A stretch of DNA of 64,000 nucleotides, from contig NC_068991.1 of NCBI RefSeq assembly GCF_001194135.2, forward strand, positions 20,847,389 through 20,911,388, given 5' to 3'. Position 1 is the stretch's first letter; each line of letters begins with the position of its first letter. Origin of the DNA: Octopus bimaculoides (Eukaryota). Position numbers and translations under genes: made by a program. The notes beneath the pieces were generated by a model. It was not told the origin of the DNA, searched no databases, and worked only from the letters and a program-made list of their open reading frames with translations. This document shows, piece by piece, positions 38,391 through 52,048 of this stretch.

Positions 38391-40276
38391 AAAAAAAAAG
38401 GCATCACACTCATTCACTACTGCATACCCAGAACAATAATTTTAGCTAATTAAATGACACCATTTATACCCCTACACTTTTGCTTCTCTAGTACTGCCAC
38501 TTGTCACCTTCTCCTCCTCCCTACACTTGCCCTCCTAACTGATATTCACCAATGACTATGCCTCCACCCATGTCTTCCATTCACAGTATCTACCTATCCC
38601 CATCTAAAACCATCTGTCACACTTGCTTCACACACTGGTGAACTTACCTACCCACCTACCCTTTCTGATCTACTGTCCCTATTCTTTTTATTATAATCAT
38701 CTACTTTAAGGGTACACTTTCACCATCTCTTTTCTCTCTTTCCAACTGGGTAGCCATGTATCTCCTCTTTAGCAAAACACCTGTTTCACTCCCTGTATCA
38801 TACTTTACTCAACAACTGGCACAAAGCCGCCTCACTCTATACCTACACTCCCACTCAGATGAGTGGGGTCTTATCTTGTGAGTTACTTGGCAAACTCACG
38901 AATGGCAAGCCAGTACCACAAAAAATGTACCCAGTAAACTTTGTAGAGTGGATGGAATTGGGAAGGGTATCTAGCTATAGAAATCATGCTAAAGCAGAAA
39001 TTGGAACTCAAAACAGTCCACTGGCTTGTCAGATCCTGTGGAATCATCTAACCACTCCCAGCAAAGAAATCAGGCAATAAATGATGATGATGATGATGAT
39101 GATAAACTTTTTTTGTGGAGAGAATTCCTTTATTCAGTTGTGTTAGTTCCTATTTGAATGTACATTTTCTTTCTTTTGTAATGCAGAAGGCATTGCTGTG
39201 AAATTTTCCCGTCATTCTGTCTAGTAAATCCTTCCTTTTTCACACAGCACCACCCATAAAAATGAAAATGGCTACTGGCAACAGCTGTGTACTCAATTTC
39301 ACAAAACCAGAAGTGGTAATAATCAACCCAAGTGGCTGAGGTATTGAATTATCAGCTCAAAAGTTACCAGTATTAGATTCCCCACAAATATTTTTGCTGT
39401 GTTTCCAGACAGGAAAATTTATTCCACATTCTCAAACCTCAGATTATCAACAACACTCTTGATTGACAAAAGAGCTATAATGAAAACAATAACCAAATAA
39501 TTCTAAGACATTTTCAAAACATGAACTCATAAGATAATGTTTATATATATATATGTATATATACATAATACAAATGATATATGAGCATATGCATGTATAC
39601 ATACATATATGTACATACCTACATCTACATGTATATATATAGATGCATATCCGGGAACAGGACGTCAGAAAAGGAACGGGAACATAAACAAAGCACAAAA
39701 AAACGACCTTTTTTAGGGACAACAGAATGAACCCATAGGAAAACAGACGAGCCACTTATGGAACTTTATATATATANNNNNNNNNNNNNNNNNNNNNNNN
39801 NNNNNNNNNNNNNNNNNNNNNNNNNNNNNNNNNNNNNNNNNNNNNNNNNNNNNNNNNNNNNNNNNNNNNNNNNNNNNNNNNNNNNNNNNNNNNNNNNNNN
39901 NNNNNNNNNNNNNNNNNNNNNNNNNNNNNNNNNNNNNNNNNNNNNNNNNNNNNNNNNNNNNNNNNNNNNNNNNNNNNNNNNNNNNNNNNNNNNNNNNNNN
40001 NNNNNNNNNNNNNNNNNNNNNNNNNNNNNNNNNNNNNNNNNNNNNNNNNNNNNNNNNNNNNNNNNNNNNNNNNNNNNNNNNNNNNNNNNNNNNNNNNNNN
40101 NNNNNNNNNNNNNNNNNNNNNNNNNNNNNNNNNNNNNNNNNNNNNNNNNNNNNNNNCTGAGCAGTTTCTTTTTAAATCATGTGACACGGCAATTTTGGCA
40201 CGTGTCTTCTCCATAGCTCTGGGCCAACCAAAGCTTTGTGAGTGGACTTGGTACATGAAAACTGAATAGAGCCTAT

Positions 40277-40313
<37 letters not shown>

Positions 40314-40670
40314 CCTTGTCTTGACATCATATGATGGTTGTAGATAAGCATCACCATTATACAAATGATGACGTTTGTCTCCAGTCTTTGGTGAAAAATA
40401 TGTCTGGCCACAGTAAATATCATCTAACCTGGAAGCAAGTGAGAGTTGGCAACAGGAAGGACATCTAGCCATAGAAAATCTGCTTCAATGAATTTCAATC
40501 GATCCATGCATGTATGGAAAAGAAAACACTAAAACAATGATGATGATGATGGTGGTGCTGGTGGATCTTATTGGTTTTCAATGATGTGTATTCAATTATT
40601 TAATCAATTGAACGTTTGCTCCATAAAATTAGGATGTTGGGTATGCCACAAACACATGTACCCTCAAGGG

Positions 40671-41122
40671 TACAAGATGCATTCTAGAAATTTTGAGACA
40701 TTTATGAATTTCAATGAAGTACAAAGCCCTAATCTCCTTGAAAGTTGAATCCTCTGGCTTCAATACACTTGTTATAGCACTCCAGCCATTTCATGAAAGC
40801 CCTATGGAAGTTCTCCAAAGTAAAGGTGTCCAAGACCCTTGTTACAATCTCCTTCATCAACTCATTCAGCTTGGGGAAACAACAAAAAGTCACAGGGAGT
40901 AAGATCTGGACTGTAGGGACAGTGAAAGACAGATTTGATGTCCACCTCTGTTAAGTAGCTGGTTACCAGGATGGATCTGAGTCCTGGGGCAGGTGCTATG
41001 GCCTATTGTGATGAAATGTCTTTCTGAACTCCCTTAAAATCTCCACATTGTGCTCAGAGAGAACCCAGTGGATGTAGATGATGCCCTTGCAGTTGAAAAA
41101 TGGAATCATCATGAACTTCATG
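40671..41122 (-). pseudogene. mariner transposase C-terminal relic with probable right TIR
   Basis: KFMMIPFFNCKGIIY..., PYSPDLTPCDFLLFPKL, ...KWLECYNKCIEARGFNFQGD*. Ends in a TA-terminated sequence at about 40671. Confidence 0.85.
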
Positions 41123-42302
41123 GTGGATGGATGGATGGACAGACAGACAGACATATATATGAGTGTAGTAGTTTGTTTGAAGCATTGTCACAAAATAAAA
41201 AATGAAAGCAAAGAGAAATGAAAAAAAGTTTCTAACGATGCAGGAAGTTTTACAAACAACCTTTATATTTCAGATGCAAAGGCATATCGTCAGAAATATG
41301 TTTTTTTATTGACTTCTTGGACTACTTCCTTCTGAAGACAGGTCACTGTGCTGAAATATAAAGGATTTTTGTAAAACTTTCTGCATTGTTAGAAGCTGTC
41401 TTTGTTTCCCTTTTCTTTCATTTTTTTTTCCCCTTACATGTATGTTATGATTATGTATTTGTTTTGCTAGATTCCTGATGTGAAATCATGTTGAAACAGA
41501 TATTGTTACATATATATGTTTGCACGAATTAGATAGAATTCATTGAGGTATTTCTATTACCAACTCACATCTGTTTCCAAGTGAGGCGTAAGATTGGAGA
41601 GAGAAAAAGACCACCTATACAACAGAGATGTTCATTTATAACCTTTATATGATGCAAAGACAGGGAGACAAACTCACCCACACATATACATACATACATT
41701 TATATGTACAACAGGCTTCGTTCAGTTTCTATCAATTAAATTCACTTAAAAGGTTTCAGTCAACCTAGGGCTATAGCAGAAAACACTGGCCAAAAGTGCT
41801 ATGCAGTGAGATTGAACCTGAAACCATGTGGTTGGAAAGCAACTTAACCACACAGTTTTATCTGGACCCACATACACAAACATGTATGTTTGTATTTATA
41901 TATACATACATTTTTTTATTCTTTTACTATTTTCAATCATTTGACTGTGGCCATGCTGGAACACTGCCTTGAAGGGTTTTAGTTGAACAAACTGATTCAA
42001 GAGTTATTCCTTGTAAATCTAGTACTTATTCTATTAGTCTGTTTTACCGAACTGCTAAGTTATGGGGACATAAACACAAACATCATAAATATATACATAC
42101 ATACATATATACATACATATATATATATATATACACACACACACACGACAGGCTTCTTTCAGTTTCCATCTACTAAATCCACTTACAATGCTTTGGTAGG
42201 TCCGAGGCCATAGTAGAATACACTTGCCCAAGGTGCTACACAGTGGAACTGAACTCAGAACCATGTGGCTGGGAAGCAAGCTTCTTAGCACAGAACTATG
42301 TC

Positions 42303-42366
<64 letters not shown>

Positions 42367-43343
42367 CACGCACATACACTCATGCATACACACACATACA
42401 CACAATGCACGCACACACGCACATATACATACATACATACATACATACATACATACATGAATGGGTAGTGAAATTGTAAAAAGCATATATGAACATTATT
42501 ACTAATGCCTGATGTTCAGCAAATTTCAGGACCCTTCTTACATTAATAAATAATTAAAAGCATTAAACATTATAGATAATCACAATGAGCTACGTTTCTA
42601 ATTATACACACTGACATTGACCTCCATCTATAATTATACATACTGTCACTGACCCATTGAAGCTATCCATACAATTACTGCTTAGCAATTAGAATTTATG
42701 TTTAAAGAAAATAAAATGTCAATACATTAGTACGTAATTCTACACTTTTATCATTTGGTCTGAGATTCTGTGGTGTTTGTATAACTTGATCATTTCTAGA
42801 AGAGGCAGAAGAGCACTTTGTTGACTGTGCTTGACAAGACATGGCCAATGCCGGTGTTTCATAACTGACACCCAAGCCAGTGGCACGTAAAAAGCACCCA
42901 CTACACATTTGGGGTGGTTGGCATTAGGAAGGGCATCCAGCTGTAGAAACCATGTCAAATCAGGCTGGAACCTGGTGCAGCTCCCCAGCTTACCAGTTTT
43001 CAGTGAAGCTATCAGTCAAGCCAGAATGGAAAATAGACGTCAAATGATGATGATGATGATGATGATAGGTAGAGGGGAGTGGAACAATTGATTCAAATAA
43101 AACATGGGGGACCTGAGTGCTTGATTGGTCCTTTAATTTATTGGAGCCTGGTGTAGCCATCTGGTTTCACCAGTCCTCAGNNNNNNNNNNNNNNNNNNNN
43201 NNNNNNNNNNNNNNNNNNNNNNNNNNNNNNNNNNNNNNNNNNNNNNNNNNNNNNNNNNNNNNNNNNNNNNNNNNNNNNNNNNNNNNNNNNNNNNNNNNNN
43301 NNNNNNNNNNNNNNNNNNNNNNNNNNNNNNNNNNNNNNNNNNN

Positions 43344-43656
43344 ATATATATACCGCCTGACTGGCCTTTGTAGGGTTTTCGAGCGAGATCGTTGCCAGTG
43401 CTCCTAGAGTGGCTCTTGTGCGGGTGGCACATAAAAGACACCATTTCGAGCGTGGCCGTTTTCATGCGGGTGACACGTAAAAGCACCCACTACACTCTCT
43501 GAGTGGTTGGCGTAAGGAAGGGCATCCAGTTGTAAAAACTCTGCCAAATTGGATTGGAGCCTGGTGTTGCCATCCGGTTTCACCAGTCCTCAGTCAAATC
43601 GTCCAACCCATGCTAGCATGGAAAGCGGACGTTAAACGACGATGATGATGATGATG
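43344..43656 (+). mobile_element. SINE family F with GGAAGGGCATCCAG central motif and (GAT)n tail (MetaSINE-like, tentative)
   Basis: More than ten copies or fragments, e.g. 5925-6072-, 14070-14307-, 42850-43050+, 48790-48980+, 49060-49310+. The family name is from recall only. Confidence 0.75.
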
Positions 43657-44709
43657 AATAAGGATGAAAGGGTAAGTCAAACCAAGTTGGGATTTAACCC
43701 TTTTCAGATTTATCTGCCTTAGATCAGCCTTGGCTTTATGATACAAACTATGTTTTTATAGTAAGCTTTCCATCAAAGTATCAAGTTAATTTATGTTTCA
43801 AACACCAGTTTAAAACGAGTTAATTTATTAAATTCTTTTCAAAAATAACTGAAACAAAGGCAGTGTATTTCAAAAGGGAGAAACTCGGAACAATAAAGGA
43901 ACATAATTGAATTATTAAATGCTGTTGTTGCTGTTTAGTCAAGGTCAATCGTAACAGAGTAGAGCTATGACGAAAGTCCAACCATGACACTCCTGCCATT
44001 GTAGAAGTAGCCATGTTGAAATTATTCAATGCATCTCTTCTCCCTTGAAGATGACAGGGTGTGACCTGAGAGAGATTTAGCTACCATTTCCTCAGGTTGT
44101 GCAGAGTATAGAGAATAGAATGGATGATAGAGAGACGACAGGAAGAGATGAGGGGTAGCAGATGGTGATTCAACAGGTACAAATGGTTGAAAAGCCAAAA
44201 TGTATCTTGTATAACAACTGTTATTTCCTAATTGCTCACCCCTTGACAGTATGAAAAATGAGTAATATTTCCTTCAAACTTTGCTTCTGATGCATTTATT
44301 CAAACTGCAAAGAATCCCTCTCAACACATAGCTATGATGTTCCCCACCACTACTTTTGTTCGTGATCAGTGATGTTCATATTGGCAGCCGCTAAGGGACA
44401 AGCTCAAGTGATTAAGGTTAAGCGATTAGCAAACATATCTGTGATACTGAGCAGAATATTTGCTATAACAATATTTCTGCTTCAGTAACTCAGTGCTGAA
44501 TGTCTGAGATATAACAGAAAATAGGTCAGTTTCAAAACATTGATACCTGGGTAACAAAAGCAAATCTTGAAGGGAATGGGGTCATTTCCTTTGATTTCTA
44601 GATAGAACTAAATATGAAACAACACTTACTGACCAAAGACAAAAAATTTTTTTTATTTTGTTACAGTGTTATATATACTAGCCTCATGACTAACCTACCA
44701 CCAATTTAA

Positions 44710-44752
<43 letters not shown>

Positions 44753-44879
44753 TTTATCCTTTGCATCTTTCAATCTTCAGACTGTGGCTATGCTGGGGCA
44801 CCGCCTTCAACATCTTTAATTGAGCAAATTGACCCCAGTACTTTTTGTTAAGCCCAGTACTTATTCCATAAGCCTATGC

Positions 44880-45643
44880 ATGTCCTCAGCAATCAGAGCC
44901 CATGTTTCACTACCATGTAGCATGGCTGTTCATACACAGGTATCATACAGTTTACCTTTCACTCTGAGCAAGAGGCCCTTTGTCACCAGCAGAGGTAGGA
45001 GCTCTCTGAACTTTGCCCAGGCTATTCTTATTCTAGTAGCTACACTCTCAGAGCATCCACCCCCACTACTGACTTGGTCACCTAAGTAACGGAAGCTATC
45101 AACTAAGTCTAGTTTTTCCCCCGACATATGATGGAATCTGTTTTCTGTACATCTTTGGTGTTTATTGCACCTGTGCATCTGCCCACACACAAAAACTATC
45201 TTCCTAGTTAACCTTCCTCTGATATTGCTGCACCTCTTATGTGTCCATAGCTTACACCAGGTACATCTTATGGAGTTTCTACCTCTGCTTTTTCTACAGA
45301 TCGAGCAATCTACCTGAAGGGATTTATGATTTGTCTGCCTTCCTACTAACTAAGACTTTGGTTTTTGCTAGGTTGACTCAAAGGCCCTTTGATTCTAGAC
45401 CTTGCTTCCACACCTGAAACAACTTCTCAAGTTCTGGCAGTGACTCAGCTATTAGAACAAGGTCATCAGCAAAGAGGAGCTCCCAGGGGTAGCCTATCTT
45501 GAATTCCTCTGTTATTACCTGGAGGACTATGATGAATAAGAGGGGGCTGTGGACTGATCCTTGGTGAACCACCACTTCTATCCAGAATTCTTCACTATAA
45601 ATGTTGCTACTCCTCACCTTATTGACAGCCTCTACATGGCTTG
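44880..45643 (-). mobile_element. RTE-type LINE reverse transcriptase fragment
   Basis: VHQGSVHSPLLF...ELLFADDLVLIAES and FRYLGDQVSSGGGCSESV.TRIRIAWAKFRELLPLL. Confidence 0.9.
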
Positions 45644-45775
45644 ATATGGAATGAAGTATATATACACATGTGTATATGTAAGTGTGTGTGTATGTATATA
45701 TATATATATATATATAGAAAGAGAGAGATAGACAGACAGATACACACACACACACACATATACATGCATGTGTGT

Positions 45776-45810
<35 letters not shown>

Positions 45811-45988
45811 GTATGTGTCTGTACAGTGTGTAGGTAAATATATCATCATTGCCTTTACATATACCTTATGATGTATCAGTTGGACATTATATATAACATA
45901 CATATGTGTGTGTGTATTTATGCACATATATACATATATATAGGCAGACAGACATATAGAGTATATATATATATATATATATATATAA

Positions 45989-46069
<81 letters not shown>

Positions 46070-46431
46070 TATATACATTACGTATAATCATACACACACA
46101 TAACTATATATGACAGAGACTTGTCTGTCCTGTCACATTGCCAACTGTTACAAAGTCAACAGTAGCTTCTTTGTCCTGTCATAATGTCATGAAATACCAT
46201 TACTGGTGTTATTTCATCTCGTTAAAAGTTGTTTCCAGTTAATCGGTGTCACCAGTCATTTAAAAAGCAAAGAAACACTCTTCGTGCAAAGAAGGAATTT
46301 CACCTAAAATTTAATATTTCATATAAATAAAGAGTGTGGCCGAAAGACCTCCCATATTTTGCTAGGCCAACAATTGAGAATAAGGGAGTTTTCTTTTTGC
46401 TGCACCCTATATAAATTCTACCAGAACTCAC

Positions 46432-46508
46432 CTCAGATTTTAGTGCCAAAGTTGTATTTTCCAGTTCCTGGATTTTCTTCTGTGCCAGATGTAATTCAGT
46501 CACATGAT
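46432..46508 (-). CDS. TRIP11: TRIP11 coding exon 2 (DHVTELHLAQKKIQELENTTLALKSE)
   Basis: Acceptor TTTCAG|, donor GAG|GTGAGT, 77 nt. The phase 1 start fits exon 1, and it ends ...KSE as human ...LRSE does at the same junction. Coiled-coil composition. Confidence 0.9.
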
Positions 46509-46722
46509 CTGAAATTTTACATAATAAGAATAATAACTGAGTATGGTTATGGTTATGATTGGGTTAAATGGAATTACAAAGAGAATGTATCCTGCAGCTG
46601 CTAGAAATAGCAACCAAATCTTACTGAAATCAATTAATTAAACAAGAAAAGGAAGGACACATTTTATAATATACACTATACATGAAAAAAAAAAAAAAAG
46701 AAGGGGATGGTCAGCATCTCTA

Positions 46723-46772
<50 letters not shown>

Positions 46773-46862
46773 ATAGTGAGAATTTACAAAAAAACAAAAA
46801 CAAAGACAGGTGTGTAAACAACAAACAGATGTATTAGTTTAACGCTCAGGAAGTGAGAAAGT

Positions 46863-46898
46863 CTTTTACGTTTCGAGCCTATGCTCTTTGACAGAAAG
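46863..46898 (-). ncRNA. Hammerhead-like motif with variant core, inside a Penelope-like terminal repeat
   Basis: Reverse complement reads CTTT CTGTCAA A GAGC ATAG GCTC GAAA CGT A AAAG. All three helices are present, but the core deviates from CUGANGA at 2 positions. Confidence 0.45.
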
Positions 46899-47120
46899 GA
46901 ACACAGAAATAAACAAGGAGAGAAAATAGAAAAAAGTTTAGTGGCTAGCAATCTATCATGGCAAATGCCGGACACATAAATATATAAAAGTGTGTGCATG
47001 TATATATATGTATGTATATATAGACCATCATAATTTAACGTCCACTTTTTCATGATTGCATGGGTCAGACGGAGTTTGTTGCAGCAGATTTTCTAGATGT
47101 GCTTTTTGTGGCCAACCCTC

Positions 47121-47920
47121 GGATCTTTCTGATTTGGCGGGCGCCACTTTTTATTTATGTTTTATTTAGTGTTTTCTACTGAAACACTTTCAAACTTCGT
47201 ATACTTGTATATTTTGTGTTATAGAACAGATAAAAATTTTTGTATTCGAAGTTCTTTCATGTAAAAAATTGTCGTATTTCGGTTATTTCAACCAATCACT
47301 GACGTCTATTGAGGTGAAAACAATTACTGCTATGGATTGTCAAGAAAACGTTGTGCGGTGTAATGGGATCTTTTCCCTTGAATAAAATTAGTGCTGTTGT
47401 TTGTCAACAACAACTATTGGCGGTACTGTTATTTATGACATTGTTCGTGCATTTGGGGGGTTATGAGTATTTTTGCCACATTTGGTGAAAATCTGTTCAA
47501 TACACCGCCACAAACTTTTTAACCAAATTTGGCAAAAATACTCATAACCCGAACCCTAACCCTAAAACCCTAAAGCTAAAACCAGTACAAACGCACGAAC
47601 AATGTCATAAATAACAGTACCGCTGATAGTTGTTGACAAACAACAGCACTAATTTTATTCAAAGGAAAAGTTCCCATTACACCGCTAGAACATGTTGTTT
47701 ACATTCCACAGCAGTAATTGTTTTCACCTCAATAGACGTCAGTGATTGGTTGAAATTACCGAAATATGACAATTTTAACATGAAATAACTTTAAAAAGAT
47801 AGAATTTTCTCAATAACACTAAGAGCAAAAGATGTTTTATATGACACATTCTACCAGTGTCCCAAGTTTGAAAGTGTTTCGTTAAGAAAACAAGTGGCGC
47901 CTGCCAAATCAGAAAGATCC
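47121..47920. mobile_element. 800-bp near-palindromic non-autonomous DNA transposon with 8-bp TSD
   Basis: 29-bp TIRs GGATCTTTCTGATTTGGC(G/A)GGCGCCACTT, nested internal inverted arms, and TSD CAACCCTC / CAAACCTC. Confidence 0.85.
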
Positions 47921-48251
47921 CAAACCTCATGTGTTTGCAAGACAGGAGTGCACCCAAGCATACACACATATATATATGATGAGCTTCTTCCAGCATCTAC
48001 TCACCAGAACCACTCACAGAACATTGGTCAACCTGGGATTACAGTAGAAGACACATGCCAAGGTAACGCATAGTGGGACTGAACTCAAGACCATACAATT
48101 AGGAAGCAAGCTTCTCAGCCATGTTTTGAAGCTCAGTTGTACAGCATGGTTCCTTGGGCTAAGAGCCATCTATGACAGCACTGCGTTGACCAAAGTTTTG
48201 CGAATGAATATAGCAGAAACTAAAAAGAAGCCTGTCATATGTATGTTGACG

Positions 48252-48284
<33 letters not shown>

Positions 48285-48496
48285 ATGTGAGAGCATTGTC
48301 TCTTTGTCTTGCCATTGGGTGCAAGTCACAAAAGTGGTGTGTTTGAAATTTTCCACAAGAACATATCTGGACTAGAAAAATTATCAACTTGTTTGGAAAT
48401 GAGTGAGAACTGACAGTAGAAAGCACACCTACTCATAGAAAATCTGCATCAGTGGCAGTTCATTTAAACCATGCAAGTATGGAAAAGTTGATTATG

Positions 48497-48531
<35 letters not shown>

Positions 48532-51048
48532 ATATATATGCGCACTCATCCTGTGCAATCTTTTGTACCACTCACATTCATGTCCCGAAACACTGAGGGT
48601 AAGCCCATGCATATTTTCGCCACCATCTTCTCTCTCCCAACTGGGGCAACCATGTATCTCTTCTACAGCAAGACATCTATTTCTGTCCTTCTATTGTAGC
48701 TAAACCATTCATCATGTGGCACAAAGCCACTTCCCTCAATATCACTCCCCACTTTCAGTTGAGGTGGGTGTTTGTCTTACAAATTACTTGATGACTGTGC
48801 TAGTGTTGGTGCCACTTAAAAAGCACCCAGTAAACTTTGTAAAGTGGTTGGCATTAGGAAGGGCATTTAGCCATAGAAACCATGCCAAAGCAGGGAGCAG
48901 AGCTTGACATAGTCCTCTGGCTTGCCAGCTCCTATCAAACCATCTAGCCCATGCCAGCATGGAAAATGGACTTAATGTGATGATACATATATATATATAT
49001 GAAAAAGGTAGGAAATTATATTTTCACATAAAACTGTGTCACGTATAGAGCATTTAGTCCACACTGTAGTGGTCGGCATTTGGAAGGGCATCCAGCAGTA
49101 AAAATCATGCCACAACTGACCTCGCTTGCGCTGGTGCCACGAAAAAAACATTCAGTCCACTCTGCAGGGTGGCTGGTGTTAGGAAGAGCATTTAGCAGTA
49201 AAAACAGTGCCAAAACAGACAGAAATCTGCTGCAGTCTCTGCTTGGCCTACTCCTGTCAAACCGTCCAACCCGTGCCAGCATGAAAGGCGGGCGTTAAAC
49301 GATAATGATGTACACACACACACACATACATATTCATAAATAAACAACATAGGTATATGTGCATTATATGAATGTAGGCGCATTATATATACACAAATAT
49401 TCAGACAAACGCGCTTAACAAAAAGGGGGGAGCACCCCGATTTTAGAAGTCTCTTTAAGCTGGCATAGTTACGCGCCCTTGCTATCACACAACTTACGTG
49501 TGTATGTGTGTAAACAGAGCTCCTTTCTATCTAAAAATAGTGAGACAGTTTTTTTTTTTTAAATATCATTTCATCGTTTAAAGTTTATTTGAGGTATATT
49601 TTTATACATATTTTTAATTGTACGCCATCGAATACATTCTGAGTTCACTTAATCACTACGAAAACGAAAACAGTTTGATTACACATCGTTTGTTGACGTG
49701 GTCATGACTCGATGTTTTGTTGGCTAGCAGTCTATGACACTAAGTCGCATACTGGGAAAGAGAGAAGGTTCTACACACACATATATACGCATAAACACAC
49801 GTACATATATATATATATATATATATATCAGAGAAAGGTGAATAAACGGACGCACAGATTAAATGGCAGTTCTTCGAAGTCCCATACATAATGGGAAAGG
49901 AAAGCTAAAAAGAAATAAAAGTAGGAAAAAAAAAACACTTCTAATTTTCATGAAGTGTGGGACTTCGAAAGAGTTATTTCCAACAACTGGTAATTAAGTA
50001 AACAGTGAAAGACAGAGAGATGTGGAGAGTTAGATAGATAAATATACAGTTCTATATTTAAGAGATGAGGAATTATTTACATTATTTACATTAATATCCG
50101 TCAAATGTAAATAATGTAAATAAGATAAATATACATATACACGTTATTCGGGAGTTTTTTAGGGTTTTTTTGTTACGTAAAATTAAGTATAGTTATATAC
50201 AGTTAAACATTTACTGACGAAGCATAATACATATAGAAAGAGTAATATGAAGCTAGCAGAGCTAAATTTCAAAGTCAGTGCCAAAGTTTTCCTTGCGTTT
50301 TAGCAAAGAAAAACTCAGATAAAACAGAGTTCGATAAACAAACGAAGAATAATGAGTTTAAGTGAATAGGAAGAGAGTGAAGTATATAGACATACAGACT
50401 AAAATTGAGAGGGAGGGAGAGAGCGAAAGAGACACAGTGAGGGATAGAGGTGGTGGTGGGTTATATAGATAGTCCATATTGATGTAAATCAGCGCCTAAA
50501 TGTTTTTTTTTACACGTCAACGAGATATGTAAGTCATTGTAGACAGTGGACAACAGCAGTGAAACCTAAACAAACTCAGATTGTATCACACACACACACA
50601 CACACACACGAGGTGTGTTTTGAATAGATATGTGTGTGTGTGTGTGTGTGTTACGAACACGATTACCTGTGCATCCGAAAAGAAAAGAAAAGAAGGCCTA
50701 AACTATATAAAGAGTCAGAAATACAAAGACAGCACAGGCTTTTATCCAAGAGATATCGCCGGACAGCTTATACTGGACCCATGCTAAACCCTGGAGGTTA
50801 ACGCCCCTCTTTGTTTTTTATAGATTATATATAAACACACACACACACAAAAGGTACTTAACTCTGACCGAGCAGACCTGTAATCAAAAACATTCCATCC
50901 TTATTTATTGCTATCTAGGGCTAAAGTAATGATGAGGGAGAATTCAGCAGCTATTTCTAGTATGTAGGGTGACCAGACAGAAGCTCCCTTCGTCTCACCT
51001 GGATGGGCTTGAACGTGAACGTACACACACACATATATGTATGTACGA

Positions 51049-51090
<42 letters not shown>

Positions 51091-51371
51091 CGAGTTTAAA
51101 TATGTGACTTATCAAGGTGTATGGAAGCCAGGTGAAGTGGTGATAAGAGATATATTGGCACTCCTTACAGTTACCTATATTGCCATTAACGGTAAAAAGG
51201 AAGTAAAAAAAAGTACTTCTAACTTTTGACCGAAGAAGACGCAGCTGACATACGAAACACATAAGACGATGATGTGTGTGATTCGAGGGGGATTTTGCTG
51301 TTATNNNNNNNNNNNNNNNNNNNNNNNNNNNGATGACGAATTACCTAAGATATATATATAGAAATATATAT

Positions 51372-51425
<54 letters not shown>

Positions 51426-51954
51426 GGTGATAATGTTGATGTCTAGCCCACGACTAAGGCCTTTGATCAAAAGCGTTCCAGCAATGACCATCCATCTCTT
51501 TTTTTTTTTTCAGGTGCTATATACTTAACACCGCAACCAATGTAGACATGTGAGGGTGTGTGTGTGTACATACATACATACATATTTGAATAACAGTAGT
51601 AATACTGATGTCTATAGCCCATGAGCGTTCCAACTTCGACCAACCTGTCTAGTTTTTCTGGGACTACATACGTAACATTCAACAACAACCAATATAGATA
51701 ATGATGATGATGATACATACATATACATATATATATATAAGGAGGGAGGGTATGTTGTTATTAATTGTTGGTGAGGAAAAAAAAAACATTGTGAAAATGC
51801 CGGTTCTGTGAAGAAATACAAGTGATAACAGATATAAACAAAATAGAGGATAAAGTATGACTGTTATATTTGTATGATAAACATACATATATACACACAT
51901 ATATGTGGAAGGGAGAGCAACGGAGGGTGGGATATGTGTATTTCGTGTACGTAC

Positions 51955-52048
51955 CACTAACTTCCTCTGTACCCTCTGTCAATATATCTTTCGTAAAGTT
52001 GGACAACTGACCAGTAATTGTAGAGATACTTCCACCAAGCCACGACAT
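51955..52048 (-). CDS. TRIP11: TRIP11/GMAP-210 golgin, coding exon 1 (MSWLGGSISTITGQLSNFTKDILTEGTEEVS, phase 1 end)
   Basis: The translation matches the recalled TRIP11 N-terminus (human ...[24 protein letters not shown]). ATG at 52048, donor G|GTACGT at 51954, 94 nt. Confidence 0.93.
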
